The notes: a model not told the origin generated them from the letters alone. A stretch of 64,000 nucleotides of DNA from Octopus sinensis (GCF_006345805.1 NC_042997.1:40734001-40798000); one strand, 5' to 3'; counted from the stretch's first letter, positions 1 through 11,545 are shown. Made by a program: numbers and translations.

Positions 1-245
1 TAACTGATGGCATGTCTGAAAGAGCCACCATAAATAGCAGTGGCCCCAATAGAGTTCCCTGAGGAAATCCACCTTCTTTTAATATATCCCTGGAGAGGGC
101 TGTGTTGGCTGCTACAGCCTGATTTTGCCTTTTAAGAATTCTCTGGAGTTTCTGACATATCATCCTATGATAAACTTTATTAAAGCCCTTTGCAAAGTCA
201 AGATATATCACATCTACATTTCCGAATATGGGAAGTTAAAGACGC
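1..245 (-). mobile_element. CR1/L2-type LINE reverse transcriptase fragment (degenerate), in the transglutaminase intron
   Basis: Minus strand reads [25 protein letters not shown]...GGFPQGTLLGPLLFMVALSDMP, matching the RT motifs DxxKAFD and GVPQGxxLGPLLF. Confidence 0.8.
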
Positions 246-276
246 ATGTGAATGAATACATCCATTTACAAATATA

Positions 277-342
277 AGTATACGTATGCATGTATATATA
301 TATGTATAAATGTATGCATGTATGTACATGTATATATATACA

Positions 343-391
<49 letters not shown>

Positions 392-1203
392 TATATATGC
401 ATGTATTTATATATATGTAGGTATTTATATATGTATATGTATATATATATGTATACGTATATATATGAATATATATATATGTATATGTATATATGTATAT
501 ATATGTATATATATATATGTATATACATGTGTATATATAAGTATATATATATATGTATATATAAGTATATATATATGTATATATAAGTATATGTATATAT
601 AAAGATGTATATATATATATATGAATATACATGTATATATCTATATATATGTATATATATATGTATACATCTATATACATATATACACGTATATATACAT
701 ATATATACATGTGTATATATATATATATATCTATATATATATATCTATCTATGTATATGTATGTATATATATGTATATATTTATAAGTATATAGTTATAT
801 ATATATGGATATATGTATATATATAAGTATATATATGTATATATATATATATGTATGGCTATATATGTGTATATATGTATGCGGATGTGTATATCTGAAG
901 AATCTACTAGAGTAGAAGCAAGCGCATGTATGTGTGTATGTGTATATTTGCTATATTTATGTATATGCATGTGTGTATATATTTGTGTGTATAGACATGC
1001 ATGTGTATATACATGTATTTGTATGTATAGATATGTGTGTATGTACATGTGTGTATGTATATGTGTGTATATGTATATGTCGGTATGTATGTATATATAT
1101 ATATATATATATATACATATATACATGTGTGTATATATATCTGTATGTATATGTATATGGTTGTGTATATACATATATGTGTATGTTTGTATATACATAT
1201 ATG
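277..1203. repeat. Compound (TA)n/(TATG)n/(TG)n microsatellite
   Basis: Directly visible; it produces the spurious IY/YI-rich ORFs. Confidence 0.95.
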
Positions 1204-1533
1204 AAGTATTATATTATCTAGTAGTATCTAGTGTATATTGTCTAATACATATTTTCCTAATTGTCAAATGTTTTTGTAAAAGCAAATGTCTTTGATTCAA
1301 TTATAATAATGGAATTCATGGAAGCTACATGAATCACCGTGATGCGTCACTTGAAAGTTAACAGAGTTTATGGAAATTTTGAATCTATGCTACAAATGCG
1401 CACGTGTTATCTCATTACTTAATTTTTTTCTAAATGTTAAAATTTCAATGAATGCAAATGTACAGAGAGATTGGCGACGATAAACTAAAATTTCTTTTAT
1501 GCTATAATTATTTTCACTTCGTTTTCATTTCAG

Positions 1534-1670
1534 TCTGACACAAGGGTTCCTATCGGAAAAGCTTTTGATGTTCTTGTTAAGTTCACCAATACATTGACTA
1601 TTCCATTGACTGGAGGCCATTTGAATATCGAAGGACCTGGAATGCAAAGAGTGCCTTCAATTAAAATAAA
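1534..1670 (+). CDS. Transglutaminase (protein-glutamine gamma-glutamyltransferase, TGM1/annulin/hemocyte TGase-like), penultimate coding exon, C-terminal Ig-like domain
   Basis: Pyrimidine tract plus CAG (1531-1533) acceptor and GTAAGC donor (1671). The 137 nt translate SDTRVPIGKAFDVLVKFTNTLTIPLTGGHLNIEGPGMQRVPSIKI+AA, fitting the TGase C-terminal pattern FxVxVxFTNPLxxxLxxxxxxxEGPG. Phase 2 matches the next exon. Confidence 0.88.
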
Positions 1671-1751
1671 GTAAGCGGAAAGATTAAATTCAATTTTGAA
1701 CAGAGAGTTTGAATGTATTGTTTATGTATTTCAGAAATATATATTGGATTC

Positions 1752-2087
1752 AAGTTTTGACACAAGACCAGTAATTTCGGGAAAGGAGTTAAGTCGATTA
1801 CATCGACTCCAGATTTCAACTGGTATGCCAGCGCAGCCTTCACTGGCTTCTGTGCCGGTGGCACGTAAAAAGCACCAACCGATCGTGGCCGCTGCCAGCT
1901 TCCCCTGGCACCTGTGCCGGGGGAACGTAAAAAGCACGCACTACACTCACAGAGTGGTTGGCGTTAGGAAGGACATCCAGCAATAGAAACACTGCCAGAT
2001 CAGACTGGAGCCTGGTGCAGCCTCCTGGCTCCCCAGACCCCGGTCGAACCGTCCAACCCGTGCTAGCACGGAAAACGGACGTTAAAC

Positions 2088-2125
<38 letters not shown>

Positions 2126-2252
2126 ATTTTATCGACATCGAAAGGATGAAAAGCAAAGTTGACTTCGGCAGAATTTGAACTCAGAACATAAAGACGGACG
2201 ATATGCCGCTAAGCATTTTGCTCAGCTTGTTAACGATTCTACCGGCTTTCCA
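1752..2252 (-). mobile_element. SINE family A (tRNA head, Deu/Nin-like core), split by a family C insertion
   Basis: Tail piece 1752-1828 ends in aactggta; the body resumes at 2124 (ttattttatcgac...gaatttgaactcagaac...gctaagcatt), as in intact copies such as 39063-39297. Confidence 0.7.
1821..2123 (+). mobile_element. SINE/LINE-3'-like family C with (GAT)n tail
   Basis: GC-rich body with gttggcgttaggaaggacatccagc and an internal repeat of cacgtaaaaagcac; ends in gacgttaaac(gat)n. Confidence 0.7.
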
Positions 2253-2914
2253 CTTTATTTTGCAAGAATACATATTAAATAAACAGAAATCAAATAATAA
2301 TCCGAATATTTTGTATGCGTAAATTATGGCTTTATGTATATAGATAGATGATATTAGGATGGTATGATGTTGAAGAGTACCCCAATCGAATCAACCCATT
2401 TCAAACAAAAATTATATCAGGTCGCATATCTCGTTGTCAGCGAGTTTACCACATCACCATCAAGTCTGTAGTAGTGATGGTGATGTTATTGTGTTCGTGG
2501 TAGTGGTGGTGGTGGTGGTAGCAGCAACAGCTAGACGAAGAGAATAAATTATTACTTAGAACCTCTGACCGGATCTGTGGTGGAGAAGAGCATCCCACAT
2601 CTTCCCAGACCACTTACTCACAGACTCCTTGGTGTTGATGAATGACACTGTGGATGAGGAGATTTCGTTAGTCTCCACTTCCAGTGTGGCCATCTGTGTA
2701 GCTATGATTGATGGTGCTATGAAAGCAGAAGTAGCCCCACCAGCAGAGACAGTTTTCACTTCAAAAGCTTACTAATGTTACCACTTAAGCTGATATTTGC
2801 CACAGCCTTTTTTATTGCTTTTCTTCTGGTTACACGACCTTCAAATATACTTTGTTGCCATGACCATATGGACTGTATCTTCTGTTTTACATAGCCAATA
2901 TATCTGACCTCTAA

Positions 2915-3130
2915 GGCGGTGACATGACAGAGTCGCTACTGCGCCAGGAAAATGCTTAGAGCCATTTCTTACGACTTTACGTTCTGAATTCAAATACCGC
3001 CGGGGTAGACTTTAACTTTCATCCTTTAGGGGTCGACAAAATAAGTATCAGTTGAACACTGGCTTGATGTAATCACCTTATCTCCTCCTCCCGAATTTGC
3101 TAGCCTCGTGCCAAAATTTGAAATCACTAT
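2915..3130 (+). mobile_element. SINE family A, diverged
   Basis: ggcggtgac head, B-box-like gaattcaaatacc, core tttcatcctttaggggtcgacaaaataagtatcag. Confidence 0.75.
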
Positions 3131-4461
3131 AACTGCCCTCTTATACTTTCCTATAATTTCTCATAACTCTTGCATAGCTGTTTGATCTTCGGAGGACATT
3201 AGGATCTGTATGTTCATGCAGAGCCTAGTCAAGGGTCCGTACTATTGTATGTCGCTTTTGTTCTAACTATCTGCTTCCAGTTGGCACGAAGATAACAAAG
3301 AATCAAGTGTCAAAGTTGGCAACGAAATCTTCGATCTTCATCCTCGTGTTTTTCTTGCCCATTCACTAACATTCTGTATTCATGCGTGTAGCACATAACC
3401 TATGCCTGTCGTTGTATCTCACCCTTAGTTTTAAGTATCAAAAACAAACTTCTATATAATCATTACGGTTCGAAGAAGCACACAACAAGTAACACATAGA
3501 CTACAGTACCTCCCAACTCCACTTTCGAGAGCATATAGAAACCCAATCTGTATTTTCCCAAACCAAATGTCTGTCACTTTCTTCCTTGTCATTTCTTGTA
3601 TAAATTTTACGAGCAAGAAGATACTGTCTTTTGTGATGTATTCTGTAACACTTTCTTTAATTTTGAGTTGGCACATACCGCACTCTTTACTGCTAGTTGC
3701 GCTAACACAGGAATTTCATATTGTCTCGCTTGTATAACATTAACAGTGGCTTGCTTTTGTTTTCTTATGCATATTCTTTAGCTTTTAAGTGTGTTTTGGA
3801 CAGCTATTTTGATTTTCTAAATCACCAACCATCTTTAACATTTTTGTTGAGGAGAAAGTATTTTGCTTTGGTTTCCATAGTAAACACTACCTCAGATTTC
3901 TTAAATGTGAAGTCAGTTTACCAATAAAACTGATAGATAAATAAATACATACATACGTACGTATGTATGTATGTATGTATGTATGTATGTATGTATGTAT
4001 GTATGTACATGTATATGTGAGTGTGTATGTTCATATATATGTTTCGTGAATGCAGATACGTATACATTTATCATAGAATAAATCAGAATATTCGAGACAA
4101 TTGCTGGTATCTGTCATCTATTTCTATGTTTTGTGCTTTTGTTGTTGTTGCTGGTGTTCGTCCTTCTTGCTCTTTTTTCTTCTTCTTCTTCTTCTTCGTG
4201 TTCTTCGCTTCCTCATCCTTGAATTATTTTCTTTCTTGTTTTGTCCTTTCTTGATGTCATTCTTCGCTGACATTTAAATCTTCTGCGAGTGTTTCGCTTC
4301 TGTCGTTGACATTATATTTAACTTCTGTTGTCAGACAATTATTCGATAGGCATATGTTGTTTTACCATTAACATCAGATTAATGATGTCAAACCAATCAA
4401 TTGGTTTCTGCTCGGCGCTGGTTATCGTTAAATTTCGCTTGTGTAAAATATTGTGTACACA

Positions 4462-4512
<51 letters not shown>

Positions 4513-5764
4513 GATATTCATGTTTGCGGATGTGTGTTTGTGTGATCAGTGTCTGTGCGGGATTTTTCATGTTCAAGCATCTTATACGGTAACCATTCGT
4601 TAAAATACTTAATATCACGGGCTACAACTTCTAATCTCAGCAATAATATTCAGTTTTCTTCCCAATATGCATCTCTTTCCTTCGTTCATTTCCCCTCTCT
4701 CTTTCTCTATCTATCTTCCTCTTTCTCTCTCTTTTACCCCTTATTTACACTTATTTCATTTTCGTTTTTCTCGGTCCCCACTTTTCTCCTTACTCGTAGT
4801 TTTTCAATACCTTTCTCTATTTTTCCAGATTTTCTTCATTCATTGCTTCATTTTCGTCCTTCTTAACTACCCATCAACATCGCTCTTAGCCTCTCTCTTC
4901 ATTTCTCTTTCTTTCTCTCTCTCTCTCTCTCTCTCTCTTTCCCTCTCTCCTTCTCCCACTTTCCCCCGCTCTCCTATTTTTCCTGTATATTTATCTCACA
5001 CTTGCACTTTCTTCCTCAGAAACACATTCTTCATCTCTACCTCTCTCTCTCGTTTGGCTTTCTCTATATATTTCCTTCTTAAGCTTCTCACACTTTATCT
5101 GATAATATTTAATGTTCTATTCCTAATCTCTAACAATAAGGAAATTAAGGCTGGCCACTTTATAATCTATACTACATTATTGTATTTCGCGTGACATTTC
5201 CGTATGGAGGCATAAAGGTTATAACCCGAAACAAAGCTTACGTCTTCATCTTCATTCTTTCCTTCTAACATACTACCGACATCATTCATATCCCTATCAT
5301 CGAAATGTGGTTGATATCTCTGAAAACTGTTAGCTTGTTTAGTTCATGTGTCATACTTAACCCGAACGCACTTAACACTGGTTTCGCAGTTTTCGCAGTT
5401 AAGAGATGTTGATTAACACGAGATAATGCTATTTAACAAGTAAGAGATAAATTCTCATTGATTAGAGATCACGACTTGGTTTAATTTTAAGCTAAACTTA
5501 TATCACCGTTAGCTGAGAAGCTTTGAGAAAATGCAAAACCGATAAAATCAATCTTCATTCTCTCTAACTCGTTCAGTTTATTCTGAACCTCATAGAGTTT
5601 AGCTTCTGATGAGCTGAGTTAGCGATACAGTTTCACTTCGTAGTCATAACAATTTAGCTTTATCAACATTATTAATGGTCTTCAGAATACACTACATGCT
5701 AAAGAACTTCATTTTCTTTCCTCAGTTAGTCTTTGTGTATCGTCCGCTGGTCTGGATATTAATT

Positions 5765-6190
5765 TCAATCGTTGGCACAAGCCCAGCAAATTCGGGCGAA
5801 GGGGTTAAGTTGATTACATCGACCCCAGTTGCTGTTTGTTCCTTCTCGAGCCATGCCTGGCTCATAAGGGCCGGTTTCCCGGTTTCCTTGGCGTATAGGT
5901 TCCCCACCTGAACGGGACGCCGGTCCGTCGCAGGTGAGCTGCAAGATGCAGGTGGAAAGAGTGAGAGAAAGTTGTGGCGAAGGAGTCAGCGATCCCTCGA
6001 CCACGAATCCGCTGCTCTAACCACTAGGCCAGTGCTCAACTGGTACTTATTTTATCGACTCCGAAAGGCACAAAAACAAAGTCGACCTCGACAGAATTTG
6101 AACGCAGAGCATAAAGACGGGCAAAATGCCGCTAGGCCACCAGGCGTCTTGCCCGGCAGGCAAGGGATTCAACCAGCTTGCCGCCTTACT
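5765..6190 (-). mobile_element. Composite SINE relics (family A tail, family D/E pieces, family A body)
   Basis: 5765-5830 matches the A tail; 5835-6035 shares gaacgggacgccggtcc with family D and gaaagagtgagagaaagttg with the 62153 copy; 6036-6190 is the A core. Confidence 0.6.
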
Positions 6191-6239
6191 AGTCTGAATA
6201 TTGTCTACTTAGTGAATGTAACTGAGTGCTTTTAGCGTA

Positions 6240-6500
6240 TAGGTGCAAACGTGGATATGTGGTAAGAAGCTTGCTTGCCAACCACACGGATCCTGGTGCA
6301 GTCCCACTGCGTGGCACCTTGGACGAGCGTCTTCTGCCAGAAGCCCGTTGTGTATATATATATTTATGTGTGTGTGTCTTTGTGTCTGTGTTTTTGTCTC
6401 TCTGCACTGTTTGACAAACGATGGTGGGAGAGAATTCAGTCCACATTCAGTACTTGGCTATTAATGAATCGACCATGGAGGAATAAAAGTTGAAGTTGAC
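6240..6500 (+). mobile_element. SINE family B (tRNA head, CORE-like), internally deleted
   Basis: gtggtaagaagcttgcttgccaaccac...cagtcccactgcgtggcaccttgg, as in full copies at 24683 and 40703. Confidence 0.7.
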
Positions 6501-6762
6501 TTCATTTCAAGAGGAAAAGGTATGCAAACTACTGACAAATCTCACTGACAAATCTCTTATATCCCAAATGTTCGAAGCCACTCTTATGACTTAGTGCCAT
6601 GATCAATGTTTTCCTTTCATACATTCCTCGCATTCCATCAGACATGTATGTGTATATACGTGTATATGCGCGCGTGCACGTAAAGTATAAGCGAAAACTG
6701 ATTTCCTTCTTGTGATTCTAATTTTTTTTTTTTTTTTACATTTTCTTCTATTTCCTTTTTAG

Positions 6763-6922
6763 GAAAGCAATTGCGCCTGGTGAAGAATTCAGAGAAACGG
6801 TTCAACTGAAAGCTCGACGTATAGGAAGAAAAGAAGTGATTGCCAATTTCTACTGCAAACAAATTGTGGACATCACAGGTGTCATTGAGGTAGATGTTGT
6901 GGAAGAATCAAAAGCCAGTTAA
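6763..6922 (+). CDS. Transglutaminase, terminal coding exon
   Basis: After the acceptor: G+KAIAPGEEFRETVQLKARRIGRKEVIANFYCKQIVDITGVIEVDVVEESKAS, stop TAA at 6920-6922. Fits the TGase end pattern IxPGExxxxxxxxxPxxxGxxxLIAxFxxxQLxDIxG. Confidence 0.88.
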
Positions 6923-6995
6923 AATTACACCTGGCTGACAAGAATTAATTTTTCTAAGAATTAATACAAATACTATAAATGTTCACTTATGGAGA

Positions 6996-7001
6996 AATAA
7001 A
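6996..7001 (+). promoter_or_regulatory. Candidate proximal polyadenylation signal
   Basis: AATAAA 74 nt after the stop; weak evidence in AT-rich DNA. Confidence 0.3.
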
Positions 7002-7032
7002 GACATATAAACCTACAACTACATCTTTTATA

Positions 7033-7087
<55 letters not shown>

Positions 7088-7119
7088 TATTCATTACATA
7101 TCTATATATATATATATAC

Positions 7120-7304
7120 ACTTTGTGTATATATCTATATATATTATCAAATTTATTGGTATATATAGATATAAAAATATGTATATATATAAATATGTAA
7201 TGAATATATATATATATATATTCATTACATATTTATATATATACATATTTTTATATCTATATATAGCAATGAATTTGATAATATATATAATATATACACA
7301 AAGT
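7120..7304. repeat. 185-bp near-perfect palindrome centred on (TA)8
   Basis: actttgtgtata...atgtaatgaa (ta)8 ttcattacat...tatacacaaagt; two substitutions and one small indel-type difference between the arms. Confidence 0.9.
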
Positions 7305-7347
7305 ATATGTATGTGTATATATACATATATATATATATATATAATAT

Positions 7348-7381
<34 letters not shown>

Positions 7382-7537
7382 CACAAATGAATAAATACAA
7401 TTATATATTTATATTATACATATATGTAATTATACATATCGGCATAAATTTATGAATATTAATATATGCATGTGTGTGTGTGTGTGTGTGTATACATGAT
7501 ATACATATTTGTATGTGTTTATATAAATTACCTAAGT

Positions 7538-7543
7538 AATAAA
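7538..7543 (+). promoter_or_regulatory. Candidate distal polyadenylation signal
   Basis: AATAAA followed by GT/T-rich sequence (tagttcttttgt...gtactttggtttc). Confidence 0.3.
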
Positions 7544-8085
7544 TGTATTCTAGTTCTTTTGTATATACCTATGTACTTTGGTTTCTGGAGATAAGCTGTG
7601 ACAACTGTCGTGCTGTTAACGCCTATTGAAGTAGAAACACATTTCCACGACTGTCCTCCTATCTCCAAAATATAAGCCTGTCCTTTTCCTTAATGGTATG
7701 TCAGCTTTGGTGAATTCTTGATTATTTTGATACTCGTAAGGCGCTGCTCTCATTTACTACAAGAAGTGGAAAAAATCTTCATAAACCAAGAATTTGTGTT
7801 GTGCGGCATTAGATAGAACAGTTTTTAACTTTGTTGCTCATATACTGCCAGTGACATTGCTCAATTTTGATGATGTATACATGCATGCACCCATGCATAC
7901 ATACATATATACATACATTATATTCGTATCTAAATGCATATTTCTGCGTCTATATATATATATATATACAATCAACTAATAAGGGCGAGAAAATTGGATA
8001 CTAATTTAATAGTACATCCATTTAACACCAAGTGGCTTAGTGCATAAAAACAAAGAATACTATAAATTTTATACATAAATATAAG

Positions 8086-8225
8086 AGAGTAACCACTATG
8101 TGGTCGACTCTAGCACTAAAAATAGTATACGCTAGTAGTCGTGCTAACTTTCATCGGAAACAATTCTTTGTGGCTGAAACCTAGCGGATCTATTTTTAGT
8201 GCAAGAGTCGACCACATAGTGGTTA

Positions 8226-8229
<4 letters not shown>
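8086..8229. mobile_element. MITE-like element, about 45-bp inverted arms, next to (TA)n
   Basis: agagtaaccactatgtggtcgactct(a/t)gcactaaaaatag ... ctatttttagtgcaagagtcgaccacatagtggttactct. Confidence 0.8.
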
Positions 8230-8273
<44 letters not shown>

Positions 8274-8278
<5 letters not shown>

Positions 8279-8399
8279 TAATCCAAACATGAAAACACAA
8301 AGAGAAAACACAACAGCGCGAGGACGTGGAACAAGTATAGTGTTATTGGACGGTCAGAAAGGTAAGAAAGAATGTGGATTTAACGTTTCGACCGGATTA
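8274..8399. mobile_element. Truncated interspersed repeat ending in half of a hammerhead-like motif
   Basis: Starts at the (TA)n edge; the minus strand reads gtcGAAAcgttaaatcc (GAAA plus palindromic AACGTT); cut by the mariner-like MITE. Confidence 0.35.
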
Positions 8400-8401
8400 T
8401 A

Positions 8402-8542
8402 TTAGGTTGTCCCAAAAGTTCGTAAACACTTGCGAAAATTGAATTTTTACTCGCCAAGTACTAACAAAAACAACAAAAATTATTCCTCAAAATAAAGACC
8501 ATTATTTTCCAAGACTTTCTACGAACTTTTGGGACAACCTTA
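8402..8542. mobile_element. Tc1/mariner-type MITE
   Basis: TA|ttaggttgtcccaaaagttcgta ... tacgaacttttgggacaacctta|TA; TIRs of about 23 bp and a TA target. Confidence 0.8.
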
Positions 8543-9339
8543 TATATCACATAAATCAAAAATTATAGATGTTTATAAAATACATGTGTACATCTATAAA
8601 TTTATTTATAATATATACACAAAAATATTCAAACTTGCATGCACACACTCACTCACACACACGTAGAGTCACACACACACACACACATGTACAACGTTAT
8701 TTTGCATACAAAACAACGATGTGAGTATAAAATTCACATCATCTTTGACGGATGTTATAAGATGATATCTGAGATGATGATTATGAAAATAATATCAATA
8801 GCAATAATAAAATTGGAAGCAAATACAATTCCCATACAATTCCCTTCGGCATGATCATAATATATCTGCTTTAAAATTCACATCAAATTACCACCGCTTA
8901 TACATATACAATATCTAGCCATTTTGCTCTGTCTGTCTCTCTTTCTCTCTCTGTCTATCTATATGTTTCTTAATATATGTGTGTGTGCGTGTATACGTAT
9001 ATTTATACACACACACACACTCATGAACATACAGAAAATACAAAAAGGTCAGAATAGTGGATATAAATTTCATTCCGATGAAGAATTCCTCACGATGTTA
9101 AATGTGTTCGTCTCTGAACTTTTTGCTATACTATTTGCAGATGGGCAAAATCACAAGCTTCCTCAGAGTCTACTGTGTCTGTATATACAAAATAGCAATA
9201 CACAGATGTACTGGGTTTTTAATATCAACATTATTATAAAAAAAAACATCAAAATAAAGCAAAACAAACTATGTGCTTAGGGCACATACTTCCGTTTGTC
9301 TGCACATTGAAACACTCCGATGATGATGATAAAACAATG

Positions 9340-9510
9340 GTTTCATATCTTGAAACATGGCCAGAAATTTCAGAAAAGGGGGTTAAGTCGATTACAGAAA
9401 AGATGAAAGACCAAGTTGACCTCGGAAGAATTTGAATTCAAAACGTAAAGACTGTCGGAATGCCGCTTACCATTTTATCCGGCGTGCTAATGATTCTGCC
9501 AGCACGTTAC
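9340..9510 (-). mobile_element. SINE family A, internally deleted
   Basis: ttaagtcgattaca joins directly to gaaaagatgaaagaccaagttgacctcgg; head ends ctgccagcacg. Confidence 0.65.
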
Positions 9511-9517
9511 CTAAATA

Positions 9518-9534
9518 ATAATGACAATGATGAT

Positions 9535-9603
<69 letters not shown>

Positions 9604-10035
9604 CATTAATAATAATAATAATAATCATTAATAATTAATAATAATAATAATTATAATAATAATAATGCCCTGATGCAGTACTAAGCATTGGCTCTCACGG
9701 CTTCTTATCTTAACTGATTGAAGGTGTTATCATTTACATTGTTTTGTCTTGGTATAAAAGATGGGCTTACAGCAAATATTCTGCTCAAAACCACAGATTT
9801 ACTTGTCAGTTGCTTGACCTTAACCAGTTGAGCATGTCCCTTAGTGGCTAACGCTACGTGCATCTCTGATCACGAGCAGAATTAGTGGGGGAGCATCATA
9901 GCCATGTGTTGAGAGGAATTCTTTGGGCTTTGGATAATTCACCTTCAGAAACATGGGTGTTTCGTTCAACATCCTTAAACAATCCTTATTCAGGGACCTT
10001 TTGAGTGGGATGGGCTACTCGACCTGAAAAAAAAT
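9518..10035. repeat. (AAT)n tract (to about 9665) followed by an unclassified interspersed repeat
   Basis: Tract visible; the motif ttattcagggaccttttgag near 9990 recurs at about 23657. Confidence 0.5.
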
Positions 10036-10348
10036 TCTAAAAAATTCCAAAAATTAAGGTCATGCGCTGTTAATTATGATATTAAGCATTTTACCCGGCG
10101 TGCTAAAGATTCTGCCAGCTCGAGGCCTTAAAAAGCAACGATAATAAGAAGAATGAGATTGTTATGTCATTTTCGAAATATATGTTGCTTACTTATCGGA
10201 GTACTCCGAAACGAAGGATCATTGTCTAACAGTTATCTTTCGTTGAGGAGTACTTTGCTCGAAAAATTAGAGACCAGTAAGTGTTTTCAAGATAACACAA
10301 CAATTTCCATGTTGTTGTCGTTGTTACTCAAATATTTCTTACTACCAA

Positions 10349-10935
10349 GGCGGCGAGCTGGCAGAAACGTTAGCACGCCGAGCGTTAATGCTCAGCGGTA
10401 TTTCGTCTGTCTTTACGTTCTGAGTTCAAATTCCGCCGAGGTCGACTTTGCCTTTCATCTTTTCGGGGTCGATAAATTAAGTACCAGTTACGCACTGGGG
10501 TTGATGTAATCGACTTAATACCTATGTCTGTCCTTGTTTGTCCCCTCTGTGTTTAGCCCCTTGTGGGTAGTAAAGAAATAGGTATTTCGTTTGCCGTTAC
10601 GTTCTGAGTTCAAATTCCGCCGAGGTCGACTTTGCCTTTCATCTTTTCGGGGTCGATAAATTAAGTACCAGTTACGCACTGGGGTCGATGTAATCGACTT
10701 AATACATATGTCTGTCCTTGTTTGTCCCCTCTGTGTTTAGCCCCTTGTGGGTAATAAAGAAATAGGTATTTCGTCTGTCTTTACGTTCTGAGTTCAAATT
10801 CCGCTGAGGTCGACTTTGCCTTTTATCTTTTCGAGGTCGATAAATTAAGTACCAGTTGCGTACTGGGGTGGATCTAATCGACTGGCCCCCTCTCTAAAAA
10901 TGTCGGGCCTTGTGTCTAGAGTAGAAAAGAATATT
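10349..10935 (+). mobile_element. SINE family A trimer (one head plus three 184-bp body units)
   Basis: Units start ggtatttcg at 10397, 10581 and 10765; the third unit carries a different tail. Confidence 0.9.
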
Positions 10936-11373
10936 CGTTAATATTTTTTTCGTTGTAGGAGCCTCCTAAAGCAAACAAATATATGTACTGAAGGAAGTAA
11001 GAAGCGACCAACTTGTGGCTTATGGATTAAAGTCTTATTAGATATTAGAAGAGTCGTTAATATGAAATGCCTCATTTAATCTAATAGCAGAAAATAGATA
11101 CTATGTCTGGGAATGTTCACTTCGACAAAAACGTGACCTATTCAAGTAGGAAGTATATTTCTCATCTGCCTTGCTCTACAAATTTAGTAGCTAAGGAAAT
11201 GTATGGATTAAGTTGTGTATGATTTTTTTGTCAGAGTTATTAACGTTGTGTATAATGCGAATTGACTGCGAATGGAAACTAGCAGGCAGGGTTGTGTCAA
11301 TAAGAGCTTATCGTTTCATGCAGTAACGCTGTAAAACTATCACAGAAGGATTCTGTGTCGTGTATTTTCTCCG

Positions 11374-11545
11374 ATGGACGGGACGCCGGTCTGTCACAGG
11401 ATTACTCATTTTAGCCACCTGGGTGGGCTGGAGTGTTTTACTCAAGAGGGTGAAAAACACGTCGCCCACTCCAGGAATCGAAACTTCAATCTTACAAACA
11501 TATGTGCAAAACCCTTAACAACTAAACTGCGCACTTCCTCTAATG
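11374..11545 (-). mobile_element. SINE family D (tRNA head), diverged
   Basis: gacgggacgccggtc...ttactcatttt...ccaggaatcgaaac...aaccc, homologous to 57480-57810. Confidence 0.6.

Larger units (their letters stand above)
1671..6762 (+). other. Last intron of the transglutaminase gene (GT-AG, phase 2)
   Basis: GTAAG at 1671, long T tract and AG at 6761-6762; splicing AA|G gives an in-frame Lys. Confidence 0.85.

Noticed and set aside
198-1295. Cluster of 60-170 aa ORFs
   Set aside because: Translations of TA/TG microsatellites; the same applies to similar ORFs at about 13.4, 35.8, 44.8, 54.9 and 55.4 kb.
2557-2765. GC-balanced patch with a 67-aa ORF inside the intron
   Set aside because: No recognisable domain or splice pairing; probably an unidentified TE relic.
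5586-5650. ctgatgag-ctgagttag-cgatac hammerhead-like string
   Set aside because: GAAA is GATA, and helices I and III do not close convincingly.
10349-10935. Regularly spaced repeats resembling a CRISPR array
   Set aside because: Units are contiguous SINE bodies with no unique spacers, in eukaryotic DNA.
11088-11150. Possible mini-exon (NRYYVWECSLRQKRDLF)
   Set aside because: Weak splice context, no homology I recognise.
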